Below are positions 21,760-33,236 of a stretch of DNA of 64,000 nt, one piece after another. How positions within the stretch are numbered: the stretch's first letter is position 1; each line of letters opens with the position of its first letter. This DNA is from Ascoidea asiatica JCM 7603. Lineage: Eukaryota > Fungi > Ascomycota. The stretch is from contig BCKQ01000004.1 of assembly GCA_001600695.1 (NCBI GenBank), positions 951,489 to 1,015,488 on the forward strand, written 5' to 3'. A program made the position numbers and the translations under genes. The notes beneath the pieces were generated by a model that ran no database searches, had not been told where the DNA came from, and saw nothing but the letters and a program-made list of their open reading frames with translations.

Positions 21760-22190
21760 CATTTATGTTTATTCCAGTAGTAATATTAGAATTTTCAATA
21801 TAATTAGTGAAATCAATCAATCTCATAATATTTTTTGAATAAGTTAATCTTTTTGATCAATTATTTGAAATTGATATTGTGACTTACTTTGAAATGTTAC
21901 TGACTTTTTAAATTATCTTTATCATTATCTATGGTTATTGATATTTGATCTACTGTAGTAGAAGATGAATTTGGAACTGCGATCGAGGAAGAGTCTAAAT
22001 TGGAATTGAAGTTAGTATCATATTCATCATTCATTGCTTATTCTATTCTCTGATGCATTTCATCACAATTGTTCTTCATATTTCTCCTTTATGATTCATT
22101 CATTGCCTTTCAAACATCATCATCATCTTCTTTTAAAGCTTCTTTTGATTCATTGTTGAATGTTTTATATTTGTCAGTCTCAAAAAGGTA
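21760..22190 (-). pseudogene. Possible decayed ORF fragment with a UIM-like segment
   Basis: The minus-strand frame reads YLFETDKYKTFNNESKEALKEDDDDV*KAMNES*RR...AMNDEYDTNFNSNLDSSSIAVPNSSSTTVDQISI, which looks coding-like but has in-frame stops. Confidence 0.25.
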
Positions 22191-23303
22191 ATATTAAGGT
22201 CAAGTTACCCGTAACAGTTTAATTTCGACCACATACCTTTTAGGGTAGCTGTTGTTAAATGTGTTCATTGCATCTTAAGACATTGAGGTGCATATATTCT
22301 ATGTCCTAAAATGTAAATATAGTGCATGTTCTTTGTACATCGTGGACAAAGTCACGGCATAGAAGAAACCGAATAGCCATGCGTCCGGCACCGGATGCAC
22401 TGCCGTTTCCTGAGACACTGTCACCCTTCGCGGTTGTACGGGTAGCCACTCCGTGTGGAGTGTGGCTCGGTGAGGCCCTGAAGTTTAGCCACACCTGCCT
22501 TTTTTCTAAATTTATGTTCAAGCTTTTTCCTCTTTTGCAACATTCAGCAGCTTTCCAAACTGCCTTCAGGTCAAAAAATGATTGTAATCAAATTTATTTT
22601 TGTTGCTTTTTATTATTTTTATCAACTTATGGGCTTTTTTTTTGAACTAATAAGCTTAATTATTATTTTACAGTAGTTATTATTATTATTATTATTGTGA
22701 CAAGCTCAAAAAGACTCTCTTTTACCAAAAGACAGATAAAATGATAAGATGACCTTAAACCCAAAAAATGTACCTGGCTAATCCAACAATTTTATCACAG
22801 GTGTTCACACTTCTCAGGGTTTTTCAAATGTAGGCAAATTAATGATTAGTTTTTAAGTACTGGATGTAAAAATTATAGTCACTTTCACAAGCTTGACTTA
22901 ATATTTAATATTACCACTAATATTTATAAATGAATATCCTATTCTGATTCCTTTACTGATTATTTTTTTACATTTCTATGTTTCGTTTGATATAAATAAA
23001 GAGAAACTATTCTCACTAATTACATATTCTTTTTATATGTATAACTTATACTCCATTCTTTTATCAATTTTCTTTTTTCATTAATTATTAACTATTAATT
23101 ATTTATTATTTATCACTTATCATTTAATCATCATTTTTATTTATTTATTTTCACTTTATTATTTTCTCACTCTGGACATCACAAATATAATCAAATCACA
23201 GCCAAATTAAATCAAATCAAATTAAATTAAATCAAATTAAATTTAATCAAATCAAATCAAACACTTTTCACTCAATAACCTCTAATACTAATTAGTTTTT
23301 AAA

Positions 23304-24590
23304 ATGACAACACTAATAACTTCAATGACTTCAGTAATTTCAACAACTGCAACAACTTCATCAACACCGACGACTCCAAAGACTTCATCAACTTCATATT
23401 TAAAATTAAAAGAAATAAAAAAACTGAAACAAAATGAATTAAGTTCTAAATCCACTTTTCAATTATCTCATCAAATTTTTTTAAATTTAATTGAATTAAA
23501 TTATAGAAATACTTGGCTAGCACCAGGTATAATATATTTCTCAACTTTATTCACTTACATTTTAAGTAATAATTATAATGAATCAAATCCTTTACATAAA
23601 TTCCTTTTTTTATCTTATAATACAAATATTTATGATTCAAAAACTAAAAGTATATTATATGCTAAAGGTTATAAAGATTTGATTTTTATTTTTTTTCAAC
23701 TTATCCTTTTCACATTCTTAAGACAATTTCTTATGGAATTGTTTTTTGATCCATTAACTAATTTAAAATATTTAAAAAATCATGTTGGTGGAAAAAATAA
23801 TAAAAAAAAAATAAGATTTATCGAACAATCATATTCAATTTTTTATTATGGTTTATCTTCAATGTTTGGTTTATATACAATGTATAATATGCCAACTTGG
23901 TATTTTAATACAATTGAATTTTATAAAACTTATCCACATATTTTAAATCCATCTTATTTAAAATTATTTTACCTTTTACAAGCTTCATTTTGGTCTCATC
24001 AAGCACTTATATTAATCTTAGGTCTTGAAAAACCAAGAAAAGATTTTAATGAATTAGTTTTTCATCATATTGTTACTTTATCTTTAATTTATTTCTCATA
24101 TACCTTTCATTTCACTTGGGTTGGTGTTGCCATATTTATAACTATGGATACTTCTGATTTTTGTTTTTCAATTTCAAAAGTTTTAAGTTATTTAGATTCA
24201 ATTTTTGTTGGTCCATTTTTTGCATTTTTTGCTTTTACTTGGATTTATACAAGACATTATTTAAATTTAAAAATTATATATGGTGTATTAACAACATTTA
24301 AAACTGTTGGTCCATATGTATTAAATTTTAAAACTGGTCAATATAAATGTTTTATAAGTCAAGTTTTTTTCTTCTTCTTATTATCTTGTTTACAAGCAGT
24401 TAATCTTTATTGGTTATACTTAATTTATGGTGTTGCTGTTAAATTTGTATATGTAGGCCATGCAAAAGATGTTAGAAGTGATGAAGAAGATGAAGATGAG
24501 AATATAAATGAAAATGAAATTCAAATTAAACTTCAAGATAAACAAAAAAATGACCATAAAGAACAAATCATAAAGCCTAAAATGCAATAA
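23304..24590 (+). CDS. LAC1: Ceramide synthase (TLC domain), LAC1/LAG1 family, tandem copy 2
   Basis: RKDFNELVFHHIVTLSLIYFSYTFHFTWVGVAIFITMDTSD; closely similar to copy 1 along its whole length. Confidence 0.88.
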   Translation: MTTLITSMTSVISTTATTSSTPTTPKTSSTSYLKLKEIKKLKQNELSSKSTFQLSHQIFLNLIELNYRNTWLAPGIIYFSTLFTYILSNNYNESNPLHKFLFLSYNTNIYDSKTKSILYAKGYKDLIFIFFQLILFTFLRQFLMELFFDPLTNLKYLKNHVGGKNNKKKIRFIEQSYSIFYYGLSSMFGLYTMYNMPTWYFNTIEFYKTYPHILNPSYLKLFYLLQASFWSHQALILILGLEKPRKDFNELVFHHIVTLSLIYFSYTFHFTWVGVAIFITMDTSDFCFSISKVLSYLDSIFVGPFFAFFAFTWIYTRHYLNLKIIYGVLTTFKTVGPYVLNFKTGQYKCFISQVFFFFLLSCLQAVNLYWLYLIYGVAVKFVYVGHAKDVRSDEEDEDENINENEIQIKLQDKQKNDHKEQIIKPKMQ

Positions 24591-24870
24591 TAATGATAAT
24601 AATAATAATTATAATTTATCTCAACAACACCAATTTATGAACTTAAACTTAATCTAAATGATCCCTAACTAAAAATAATATCCACTTATCTGAACTTATC
24701 TTTGAATTTTATTTCTTCCCTTTTCTTTTTTCTTTGTTCTTCGAACAGCTTTAATAAGTTATTAGTCTTTACTTTTTAATAATTATAAACATAATGAAGT
24801 AAATTACTAGTCAATTTTATAATATATAAGGTATATATGATATAATAAAACTTTGATAGAAAAATCGCGA

Positions 24871-26523
24871 TTATTTTAGTAAATTTTTGAATAAAGTATC
24901 ATTATCTAAAATTTTTAATTGTTCTTTTGCATTTATAATCATTTCATCACTTATTTCAGGCAATGATTCAAATTGAGAATAAACTTGAATTAAAGGTAAT
25001 TTGATAATTTCATCATTCTTTGGAATATTTTCATTCGAATTTAAATAACTATAATAATATAAATTATTTGGTAAAAAATCGCCATTATCTCTTAAGAAAT
25101 TATCTCTAATCAAATTATCATTCTTTTCAATTGAATTAATTTTATCTAAAAATTCATTTATAATTAAATTTAGATTTTTTTGATTTTCAATTCTTCTCTT
25201 GATTTCTAAAATTAATAAAAAATAAGATTTTTTAAAATTTCTAAAAAAATTTATAATTTGTAAATGTGATGTAATTAAAGAATTTGATTTACTTAAAATT
25301 AAATTTTTTTCAAAATTTTCAAAACTTAGTTGAAACTTCTTTAAATTAAATTCAAGTTTATCCTTTAAAGTTATATTTATTAAGCTTTTTTTGATTTTTA
25401 TTTCTAATAGTTCAATTAATGCTAGATTTTTTTCATTTATTTTTGAAAAATTTATAATATTCATAATTTTATTATTTATTTCATTTAATTCAATTAAAAC
25501 ATTAGGAACTTCAATTGAATCATTTTTGATAATAACATATAATTCCATTAATTCAAAATCACTTATAATTTCATCTTTTACACGAAGAGTTTGAGCATTA
25601 TCATTTATTTCTTGAAATAAGTCATTAAGGATTATTTTTGATTTTCTATTTGAATTTAAATTTAAATTTGAATTTTTAAATTTTAGTTGAATGAATTTGA
25701 AACATTCTTTGGATTTATCATAATGATCTGTCAAAGATTCTAATAAATTTGCCATTTGATTTTCTAAATCAAAACAATCATTTAATAAATTATCTTCATT
25801 AATTTCTTGATGAATTTCTTGATTTATAATATTGAATTCATTTTCTAAAATTAATAAACTATTTGAAAATTCTTTAAAGTTTAAATTAATTTGATTGATT
25901 AGATAATATATATTGTCATCTTTGTTATCATTATTAAGATTTGTAAAATCATTAGAACTTATATCATTGAATAATTTTTCAAATTCTTTATAATTTGTTT
26001 CTAAATCGCTCAAGGCATTATCAAATGATAGAAAATTGAACAATGTTTCATAATTTGTATCATTTGCTTTTTTTATTTGAGTTTCTTTCCGGTATTTATT
26101 TTCTTTATTTTGTGAATCATTACTATTCATTAAGTGAACAGATTTAATTAAGTTCTTTGATACTTTTACTGATTTTAAATCAGTTATCAAATCTTCGAGA
26201 GAATTCTTTAAGAACTGAATAACTTTGAAATTTTCAGTCACTTTAAGTTTTACTTTTTTGTTGAATCTTAGATTAATTAGACTCATAATGATTCCTTCAA
26301 AGAATTCTTTCTGTTGTTTTAAGAAATTTATGAAAAAAACAATTTTCAGTATCTTTAGATTATTTGAATTAATCATATCTTTCAATGAATTTATTTGTTC
26401 ATTTGAATTCGAACATATTATCTTCGCAGTTGATAAATCTCTTCTTGAATCGATCAAAATTTGTAGTATTTCATCTTTTATGGATTCATTGGATAGATTA
26501 ATTGAGGTTGTATTCATGTCCAT
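24871..26523 (-). CDS. ATG17: Autophagy scaffold Atg17
   Basis: SRRDLSTAKIIC, LENQMANLLESLTDHYDK, YFLLILEIKRR and RDNFLRDNGDFLP match Atg17 signatures; coiled-coil composition. Confidence 0.85.
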   Translation of the reverse strand: MDMNTTSINLSNESIKDEILQILIDSRRDLSTAKIICSNSNEQINSLKDMINSNNLKILKIVFFINFLKQQKEFFEGIIMSLINLRFNKKVKLKVTENFKVIQFLKNSLEDLITDLKSVKVSKNLIKSVHLMNSNDSQNKENKYRKETQIKKANDTNYETLFNFLSFDNALSDLETNYKEFEKLFNDISSNDFTNLNNDNKDDNIYYLINQINLNFKEFSNSLLILENEFNIINQEIHQEINEDNLLNDCFDLENQMANLLESLTDHYDKSKECFKFIQLKFKNSNLNLNSNRKSKIILNDLFQEINDNAQTLRVKDEIISDFELMELYVIIKNDSIEVPNVLIELNEINNKIMNIINFSKINEKNLALIELLEIKIKKSLINITLKDKLEFNLKKFQLSFENFEKNLILSKSNSLITSHLQIINFFRNFKKSYFLLILEIKRRIENQKNLNLIINEFLDKINSIEKNDNLIRDNFLRDNGDFLPNNLYYYSYLNSNENIPKNDEIIKLPLIQVYSQFESLPEISDEMIINAKEQLKILDNDTLFKNLLK

Positions 26524-26945
26524 ATTCTTTATTCTTTTATCTAATATTATTATATTTCATTCTTTTGATGTTCTGATAGTCTCCTGGATATTGAATAGGA
26601 TTAAATAAAACCAAATAATTTCAATTTCAATTTAAAGTCCTTTGTTTCGATAAGCAAGCGATAAGAAATCGAAAACAAAGAAAGAAAAGAAGACCCATGA
26701 AAGTGGCGTCGTTATTGGATATTTAACACCACCCGCAGTTGTGGACTCGAAGTGGTTGGATAAGCGAAAAAAGTTCGAGCTCAAAAGAAAACAAATCAAA
26801 TTTACAGAGTTTCAGGAAGTGATTAAAGAATTGAAATAGAACAATAAGTAAAATGAATCAAAAGAATTGAAGAAAACAGGAAAAAGAAATAGTTGATATT
26901 CTGTTGGTGAACTGTATCTTTGAAGTGTTGGAGGGTTTTTAAGAA

Positions 26946-28844
26946 ATGATGAAGGTTCTTTGCGTAGCGGAAAAGAATACAATTTCAAAAGCAGTTGCAG
27001 GAATTCTTTCTGGAGGTCGAAGCAGAATGAGAAACACTAGTGTTAACACTGTGAAGAATTACGATTTTTCTTTTGATTTCAAAGATGGTAATGGGTCTGT
27101 AGATGTTACAATGACTGCTGTGAGTGGTCATTTATATCAAAATGATTTCTCTCCAAGATATTCCAATTGGCGAGAGGTGAATCCATCTGAGTTATTTGAA
27201 GCTCCAGTGATTGAGAAAGCTGGTGACACTAGAAGTAAAAACATTATAAAGAATCTAATGCAAGAGAGTCAAAGAGCTAATAAATTAATAATATGGACAG
27301 ATTGTGATAGGGAGGGTGAATATATTGGTTTTGAGATTCTAAAAGCAATTAAAACGAGTAATAATTATTTCAATTTAGATAATGTTGAACGAGCTCAATT
27401 TTCTCATCTTGAAAGAAATCATATTGTTAGAGCTGCAACAAATTTAATAAAATTAGATAAAAATGCAATTGATGCTGTAAGAACAAGAATGGAACTTGAT
27501 TTAAGAACAGGAGCTGCTTTTACAAGATTTTTATCAATGGGATTCCAAGATAAATTTAATGATATTAAACAAAGTAAAAAAATTATATCTTATGGTTCTT
27601 GTCAATTTCCAACTTTAGGTTTTGTTGTAAATAGATATAAAAGAGTTCAATCTTTTATTAAAGAAAAATTTTGGTTTTTAGATTTAACAATAAAAAATGG
27701 TACAAATTTACATTCTTTTACTTGGTCAAGAGGTCATATATTCGATAAATTATTTGTAACTCTAATTTTAGAAAATTGTATAAATGCAAAACAAGATGGG
27801 AAAATTACTAATGTAATCAAAAAACCAACTTTAAATAGAAAACCGTTACCTTTAACAACTGTTGAATTACAAAAAAAATGTGCAAAGCTTTTTAAATATG
27901 GTGCAAAAGAAACTTTACAAGCTGCAGAAAGTTTATATACAAAAGGTTTTATTTCATATCCAAGAACAGAAACTGATTCATTTCCAAAAAAAATGGATTT
28001 GAAAGAATTTATTAAAAAACAATATGAAAGTGATCAATGGGGTAATTATGCAAGAGAGTTACTTGAAAATAATAAATTTAATCAACCAAGACAAGGTAGA
28101 CATAATGATGAAGCGCATCCTCCAATTCATCCTGCAAATTTTGTTAATATTAATGCAACTAATACAGTTTTAAATGCTAAAGAACAAAAAATTTATGAAT
28201 ATGTTGTAAGACATTTTTTAGCATGCTGTTCAAATGATGCAATTGGAGATTTAACAACAATTGAATTAAAATGGGTAACAGAAACTTTCACTGCGAATGC
28301 ATTAGTTGTTAAAGAATTAAATTATTTAGAAATTTATACATATTCAAATTGGAGTTCAAGTGCTAACATTTTGCCAGATTATAAAATTGGTGATAATATA
28401 CCAATTTATAAATGTAATATTAAAGAAGGTATAACATCACCACCAAATTATCTAACAGAATCTGAATTAATTTCATTAATGGATCTTAATGGAATTGGCA
28501 CAGATGCAACAATTGCAGAACATATAGAAACTATATTAAAGAGAGAATATATAAGTAAAAAAAAAAAAAAAAATCAAACAATTTTATTACCAGAAGAAAT
28601 TGGAATGGCTTTAGTACAAGGATTTGAAAAAATAAATTTTAGTAATAATATGTGCTTATCAAAACCATTTTTAAGAAAAAATTTAGAAATTGAATTGAAA
28701 GAAATTTGTGAAGGTAAAAAAACAAAAGAAGAAGTTTTAGGTGAAATGATAAATTTATACAGGGAAGCATATCTTTTAAGTAATAGGAATAAAAATACAT
28801 TATTTCAAGCATATAAAGATGTTCAAGAAGAAAATAGAGCATGA
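26946..28844 (+). CDS. TOP3: DNA topoisomerase III (type IA)
   Basis: KVLCVAEK (Toprim), WTDCDREGE, SYGSCQFPTLGFVV, GFISYPRTET (catalytic Tyr) and GIGTDAT. Confidence 0.97.
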   Translation: MMKVLCVAEKNTISKAVAGILSGGRSRMRNTSVNTVKNYDFSFDFKDGNGSVDVTMTAVSGHLYQNDFSPRYSNWREVNPSELFEAPVIEKAGDTRSKNIIKNLMQESQRANKLIIWTDCDREGEYIGFEILKAIKTSNNYFNLDNVERAQFSHLERNHIVRAATNLIKLDKNAIDAVRTRMELDLRTGAAFTRFLSMGFQDKFNDIKQSKKIISYGSCQFPTLGFVVNRYKRVQSFIKEKFWFLDLTIKNGTNLHSFTWSRGHIFDKLFVTLILENCINAKQDGKITNVIKKPTLNRKPLPLTTVELQKKCAKLFKYGAKETLQAAESLYTKGFISYPRTETDSFPKKMDLKEFIKKQYESDQWGNYARELLENNKFNQPRQGRHNDEAHPPIHPANFVNINATNTVLNAKEQKIYEYVVRHFLACCSNDAIGDLTTIELKWVTETFTANALVVKELNYLEIYTYSNWSSSANILPDYKIGDNIPIYKCNIKEGITSPPNYLTESELISLMDLNGIGTDATIAEHIETILKREYISKKKKKNQTILLPEEIGMALVQGFEKINFSNNMCLSKPFLRKNLEIELKEICEGKKTKEEVLGEMINLYREAYLLSNRNKNTLFQAYKDVQEENRA

Positions 28845-28858
28845 AAGTAATAAAGTCA

Positions 28859-30289
28859 TTAAGCTATTAGATCTAAAAGATCTTCATAAACTTTTGAAAC
28901 TTCATATTTATAATCAGTTATATTATATTTATCTCTTAAATTAAAAATTATTGGTCTTGTAGTTTCTGCAATTGATCTTAATCTAATTTTTTCAGTATTT
29001 GAAAAACAATTAAATTTATCAATTAAAATTGTAAATTTATTATTTAAAGAATTTAATAATTTCAAAATTATTAATAAAGTTTCTTTATTAAAATTAAATC
29101 TATCATTAAAATTTAAATAATCAATTAATTCACCAGAAGCTTTTAATAAATATTGAGGTTGATTTAATTTTTTACTATCTTTAAGAATATTAAAATTTTT
29201 ATCAATAGATAACTCAATTGAATTGAAAATAAAATTAATTAATGAATTAAAATCTATTAATAAATCATTTAATGAATTATATGGTTCTATTGGTTTTTCA
29301 TATAGTTTTATAGTTTTATCCTCGTTTTTGCTCGTTTTATCATTATTATTGATTATATTTTCATTTGAAGTTAATTTTTTAGAAATTGGTGAAGATATTG
29401 AAGATTCAGTTTTAAAAGATTGAAAATATTTTCTTTGAATTATTGAGAATTTTTTATCAAATATATTTATTAATTTAATTTCTTGATCTCTAGTCAATTT
29501 TTTATTGCTTTTGTTTTCATTTTTGTTGTTATTATTGGTAGCATTGTCAGATATTTTTTTTTTAAATTTCAATAAAATTTCATCATATGAATTATTTTTA
29601 TTTTGAAACAGAAGATTAGTATCTATATTCAAAAAAGAATCACAAGGTTTGAATTCTTCTATTTCTTCAGGGTCAATATTTATTGGTTCGTTTTCTTTTT
29701 CTTGTTCTTGTTGTCCATTTGATATCTGAGGATTGATATTTTTATTTATTTTTGAATAATCTATGGAGATTTCTGAATCCATATCAATATCTGAATCTAA
29801 ATCTGATTCTAATGCTACTTGATTATCATCTTTTATGAAACTACCATATGTATCATTGAATTTCTTTAGATTATTGATACTATTATCTTTACTATCTTTT
29901 AAAAGATCTTCAAAGTCATCATCATCTTCATCGTCATCTTCATCATCATCATATTCGTTTTTGTCATTGTTAATGTGATCAGTACCATTAACAATATAAT
30001 CGCCGGAATCATCTAATTGAAATATTGTCTTCTTTTGAGAAGTGGGTCGATAATCATTATCAGATTTTTTATCATATTGACTTTCATCATCAGATAAATC
30101 TGGATTTAGATCTAAATTGAAATGTAAGTTGATCTTATCTTGAGTTGAATTATTTATAAAGAATCCCGAAGAAAGTTCTTCATTTGCCTTTGGGTGTAAT
30201 GGAGTTCCTGGAGTTGGAGGTATTTCTCTGGTGAGGATAATATTACTATTGTTGTTACTATTGCTATTATTGTTGTTATTGGGAATCAT
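28859..30289 (-). CDS. TFB6: TFIIH-associated Ssl2-binding protein Tfb6
   Basis: N-terminal PGTPLHPKANEEL..LNPDLSDDE and C-terminal TEKIRLRSIAETTR..YEVSKVYEDLLD resemble, from recall, S. cerevisiae Tfb6 (PNTPLH..PNEQL; TEAVR..RTR; IEVGTIYEGFID). Confidence 0.72.
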   Translation of the reverse strand: MIPNNNNNSNSNNNSNIILTREIPPTPGTPLHPKANEELSSGFFINNSTQDKINLHFNLDLNPDLSDDESQYDKKSDNDYRPTSQKKTIFQLDDSGDYIVNGTDHINNDKNEYDDDEDDDEDDDDFEDLLKDSKDNSINNLKKFNDTYGSFIKDDNQVALESDLDSDIDMDSEISIDYSKINKNINPQISNGQQEQEKENEPINIDPEEIEEFKPCDSFLNIDTNLLFQNKNNSYDEILLKFKKKISDNATNNNNKNENKSNKKLTRDQEIKLINIFDKKFSIIQRKYFQSFKTESSISSPISKKLTSNENIINNNDKTSKNEDKTIKLYEKPIEPYNSLNDLLIDFNSLINFIFNSIELSIDKNFNILKDSKKLNQPQYLLKASGELIDYLNFNDRFNFNKETLLIILKLLNSLNNKFTILIDKFNCFSNTEKIRLRSIAETTRPIIFNLRDKYNITDYKYEVSKVYEDLLDLIA

Positions 30290-30722
30290 TGTCAGTTATT
30301 GTTGATGAATGTTTGTTATTATTAAGGGGTTGGTTTTTAGTGTTTTATTTACTCGTATGAATAATAATTTCGAGAATGATTGTTTTGTTTACTCCATACC
30401 CATGAAAAGAAGCAAAAGAAGCAAAATAAGCAAAGCAAGAACCAAAACAACCCCAGGCACTTCCGCTGCAATGACCCCAGATCTTGATTCCGGTCATAAA
30501 TTGCCTTTTACAGCCTATTACGGAAAAGCAGTTCACTCATAAAGCTAATTACGGTCAGCTGACTGCCTGATTTGTCAGCCGCTGAGCAGAAAAGAGCAAT
30601 TGAATACAATCAGATCAAATAAATATAATCAATCTTTCATTATTCTTGAGATAATCATTTTGTTTTGATTTTATTTGTTTGTTTTCAATCATATTCCATG
30701 TAACTTATTGGAATTATTAGTT

Positions 30723-33236
30723 ATGTCAATAGCAACTCCTCATAATCCTTTCAAAGACATAGATGATAAAATAGATGATCCTGAATTAGAGGATGCTTTC
30801 ACCGAGGGAAGTAGTTCAGATTCAGATTATGATGACACTAATATAGGAAATTTAAATAATTCAAATCAAAGTCATTTAACTCCAATAACTACAATAGATT
30901 CAGATTTAAGTAAAGATCAAATTTTAAATCAAAATGAAGATCAAGATTTTGATAAATATAAAAATGATGGTTTACATTCAATTTTTAAAGAAAATGATTT
31001 TTCAAAATTAAATTTAAAAAAAGATCATTATTCACGTCCATTATGGATTGCAGGTAAACAAATCATTTTAGAAAGTTTTAGTCCATTAGCAGAACAAGCT
31101 CAAGATTTTTTAATAACAATTGCAGAACCTGTAAGTAGACCTGCTCATATTCATGAATATAGAATTACAACATATTCCTTATATGCCGCAGTTTCTGTTG
31201 GTTTAGAAACTTCAGATATATTATCTGTATTAGAAAGATTATCAAAAGTTCCATTATCCGAATCAACAATAAATTTTATTAAAATTTCAACAATTTCATA
31301 TGGTAAAATTAAATTAGTTCTTAAAGAAAATAGATATTATCTTGAAAGTTCTCAACCTGATATTATTCAAATGTTATTAAAAGATGCTGTAATTGGTACA
31401 ACTAGAATTCAAAATTCTGGTATTATTAATAAAACAAGTGATGGTATAATAAAAGATACAAAAAATACTTCTGATATTACTAATATTAATGATAAAGATA
31501 AAAATAAACAAGAAAATATTGATATTGAAAAAGAAAAAGAAATTGAAGAGGATACAGATGATTTATTTACTGCAATTGATGAAGATAAAGATGATGAAGA
31601 TTTAGATGCTGTACATTCCTTTGAAATTGAAAGAGAATCTGTTGAAAAAGTTAAAGAAAGATGTCAAGCTTTAAATTATCCTTTATTAGAAGAATATGAT
31701 TTCAAATTTGATACAAATAATCCTGATTTAGATATGGATTTACGTCCTTCAACAAAAGTTAGACCATATCAAGAAAAATCTTTAAGTAAAATGTTTGGTA
31801 ATGGTAGAGCAAGATCTGGAATTATAGTTTTACCATGTGGTGCAGGTAAAACTTTAGTTGGTATAACTGCCGCTTGTACTATAAGAAAATCAACAATTGT
31901 TTTATGTACATCTTCAGTTTCTGTAATGCAATGGAAAAATGAGTTTTTAAAATGGAGTACTATAAGTCCAGAATCTGTTGCAGTTTTTACATCAGATAAT
32001 AAAGAAATGTTCACAACAGAATCTGGGTTAATTGTTTCAACATATTCGATGATTTCAAAAACTAATAGTAGGTCTCATGATTCTCAAAAAGTTATTGATT
32101 TTTTAAAAGGTAGAGAATGGGGTTTTTTAATTTTAGATGAAGTTCATGTTGTACCTGCAATGATGTTCAGAAGAGTTATTACAACAATTTCTGCTCATGC
32201 AAAATTAGGTTTAACAGCAACTTTAGTTAGAGAAGATGATAAAATTAGTGATTTAAATTTTTTAATTGGACCAAAATTATATGAAGCAAATTGGATGGAA
32301 TTAGCTCAAAAAGGTCATATTGCTAAAGTTCAATGTGCAGAAGTTTGGTGTCCAATGACAGCAGAATTTTATTCAGAATATATTAATTCACCTGCGAGAA
32401 AAAAAATGTTATTATATATTATGAATCCAACAAAATTTCAAGCTGCACAATTTTTAATAAGTTATCATGAACAAAGAGGTGATAAAATTATTGTATTTTC
32501 TGATAATGTTTATGCATTAGTTGAATATGCTTTAAAATTAAATAGACCATTTATTTGTGGAGAAACTCCACAGCAAGAAAGAATGAAAATTCTAAAAAAT
32601 TTTCAATATAATGATCAAGTTAATACAATTTTTTTATCAAAAGTTGGTGATACATCAATTGATTTACCTGAAGCAACATGTTTGATTCAAATTTCATCAC
32701 ATTATGGATCAAGAAGACAAGAAGCTCAAAGATTAGGTCGTATTTTAAGAGCCAAAAGAAGAAATGATGAAGGTTTTAATGCATTTTTTTATTCATTAGT
32801 TTCAAAAGATACACAAGAAATGTATTATTCATCAAAAAGACAAGCATTTTTAGTAGATCAAGGTTATGCTTTCAAAGTTATTACACATTTAAATGGATTA
32901 GAAAATTTTCCAAGTTTAGCATATACATTACCTTCAGAAAGAAGAGAATTATTACAAAAAGTTTTATTAAAAGAAGAAAATGCAGCAAGTATTGAAGCAG
33001 GGGATGATGCAGATAATTTTGTTGGAAGAGGTACTAAGATGGCACCTGGTAAAAAAAGAAAATTTCAAGGTTCAAATTTTGGTAGAACTAAAGTTCAAAG
33101 AGCTACAGGTTCAATTGCAGGTTTTGCAGGTGGTGAAGATATGGCATATGTTGAATATTCTGGTAATAAAAATAAAGAATTAAGGGAACATAATCCACTT
33201 ATACAGAAATTGTATTATTCTAAAAAGAAGAAATAA
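30723..33236 (+). CDS. SSL2: TFIIH DNA translocase XPB/Ssl2/Rad25
   Basis: [29 protein letters not shown] and [11 protein letters not shown]. The first ATG is at 30723; the track starts at an upstream TTG. Confidence 0.97.
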   Translation: MSIATPHNPFKDIDDKIDDPELEDAFTEGSSSDSDYDDTNIGNLNNSNQSHLTPITTIDSDLSKDQILNQNEDQDFDKYKNDGLHSIFKENDFSKLNLKKDHYSRPLWIAGKQIILESFSPLAEQAQDFLITIAEPVSRPAHIHEYRITTYSLYAAVSVGLETSDILSVLERLSKVPLSESTINFIKISTISYGKIKLVLKENRYYLESSQPDIIQMLLKDAVIGTTRIQNSGIINKTSDGIIKDTKNTSDITNINDKDKNKQENIDIEKEKEIEEDTDDLFTAIDEDKDDEDLDAVHSFEIERESVEKVKERCQALNYPLLEEYDFKFDTNNPDLDMDLRPSTKVRPYQEKSLSKMFGNGRARSGIIVLPCGAGKTLVGITAACTIRKSTIVLCTSSVSVMQWKNEFLKWSTISPESVAVFTSDNKEMFTTESGLIVSTYSMISKTNSRSHDSQKVIDFLKGREWGFLILDEVHVVPAMMFRRVITTISAHAKLGLTATLVREDDKISDLNFLIGPKLYEANWMELAQKGHIAKVQCAEVWCPMTAEFYSEYINSPARKKMLLYIMNPTKFQAAQFLISYHEQRGDKIIVFSDNVYALVEYALKLNRPFICGETPQQERMKILKNFQYNDQVNTIFLSKVGDTSIDLPEATCLIQISSHYGSRRQEAQRLGRILRAKRRNDEGFNAFFYSLVSKDTQEMYYSSKRQAFLVDQGYAFKVITHLNGLENFPSLAYTLPSERRELLQKVLLKEENAASIEAGDDADNFVGRGTKMAPGKKRKFQGSNFGRTKVQRATGSIAGFAGGEDMAYVEYSGNKNKELREHNPLIQKLYYSKKKK

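Noticed and set aside
26700-26780. TTCGAGTCC (minus strand) suggesting a tRNA T-loop
   Set aside because: No cloverleaf or A-box could be built. It sits in the ATG17/TOP3 divergent promoter.
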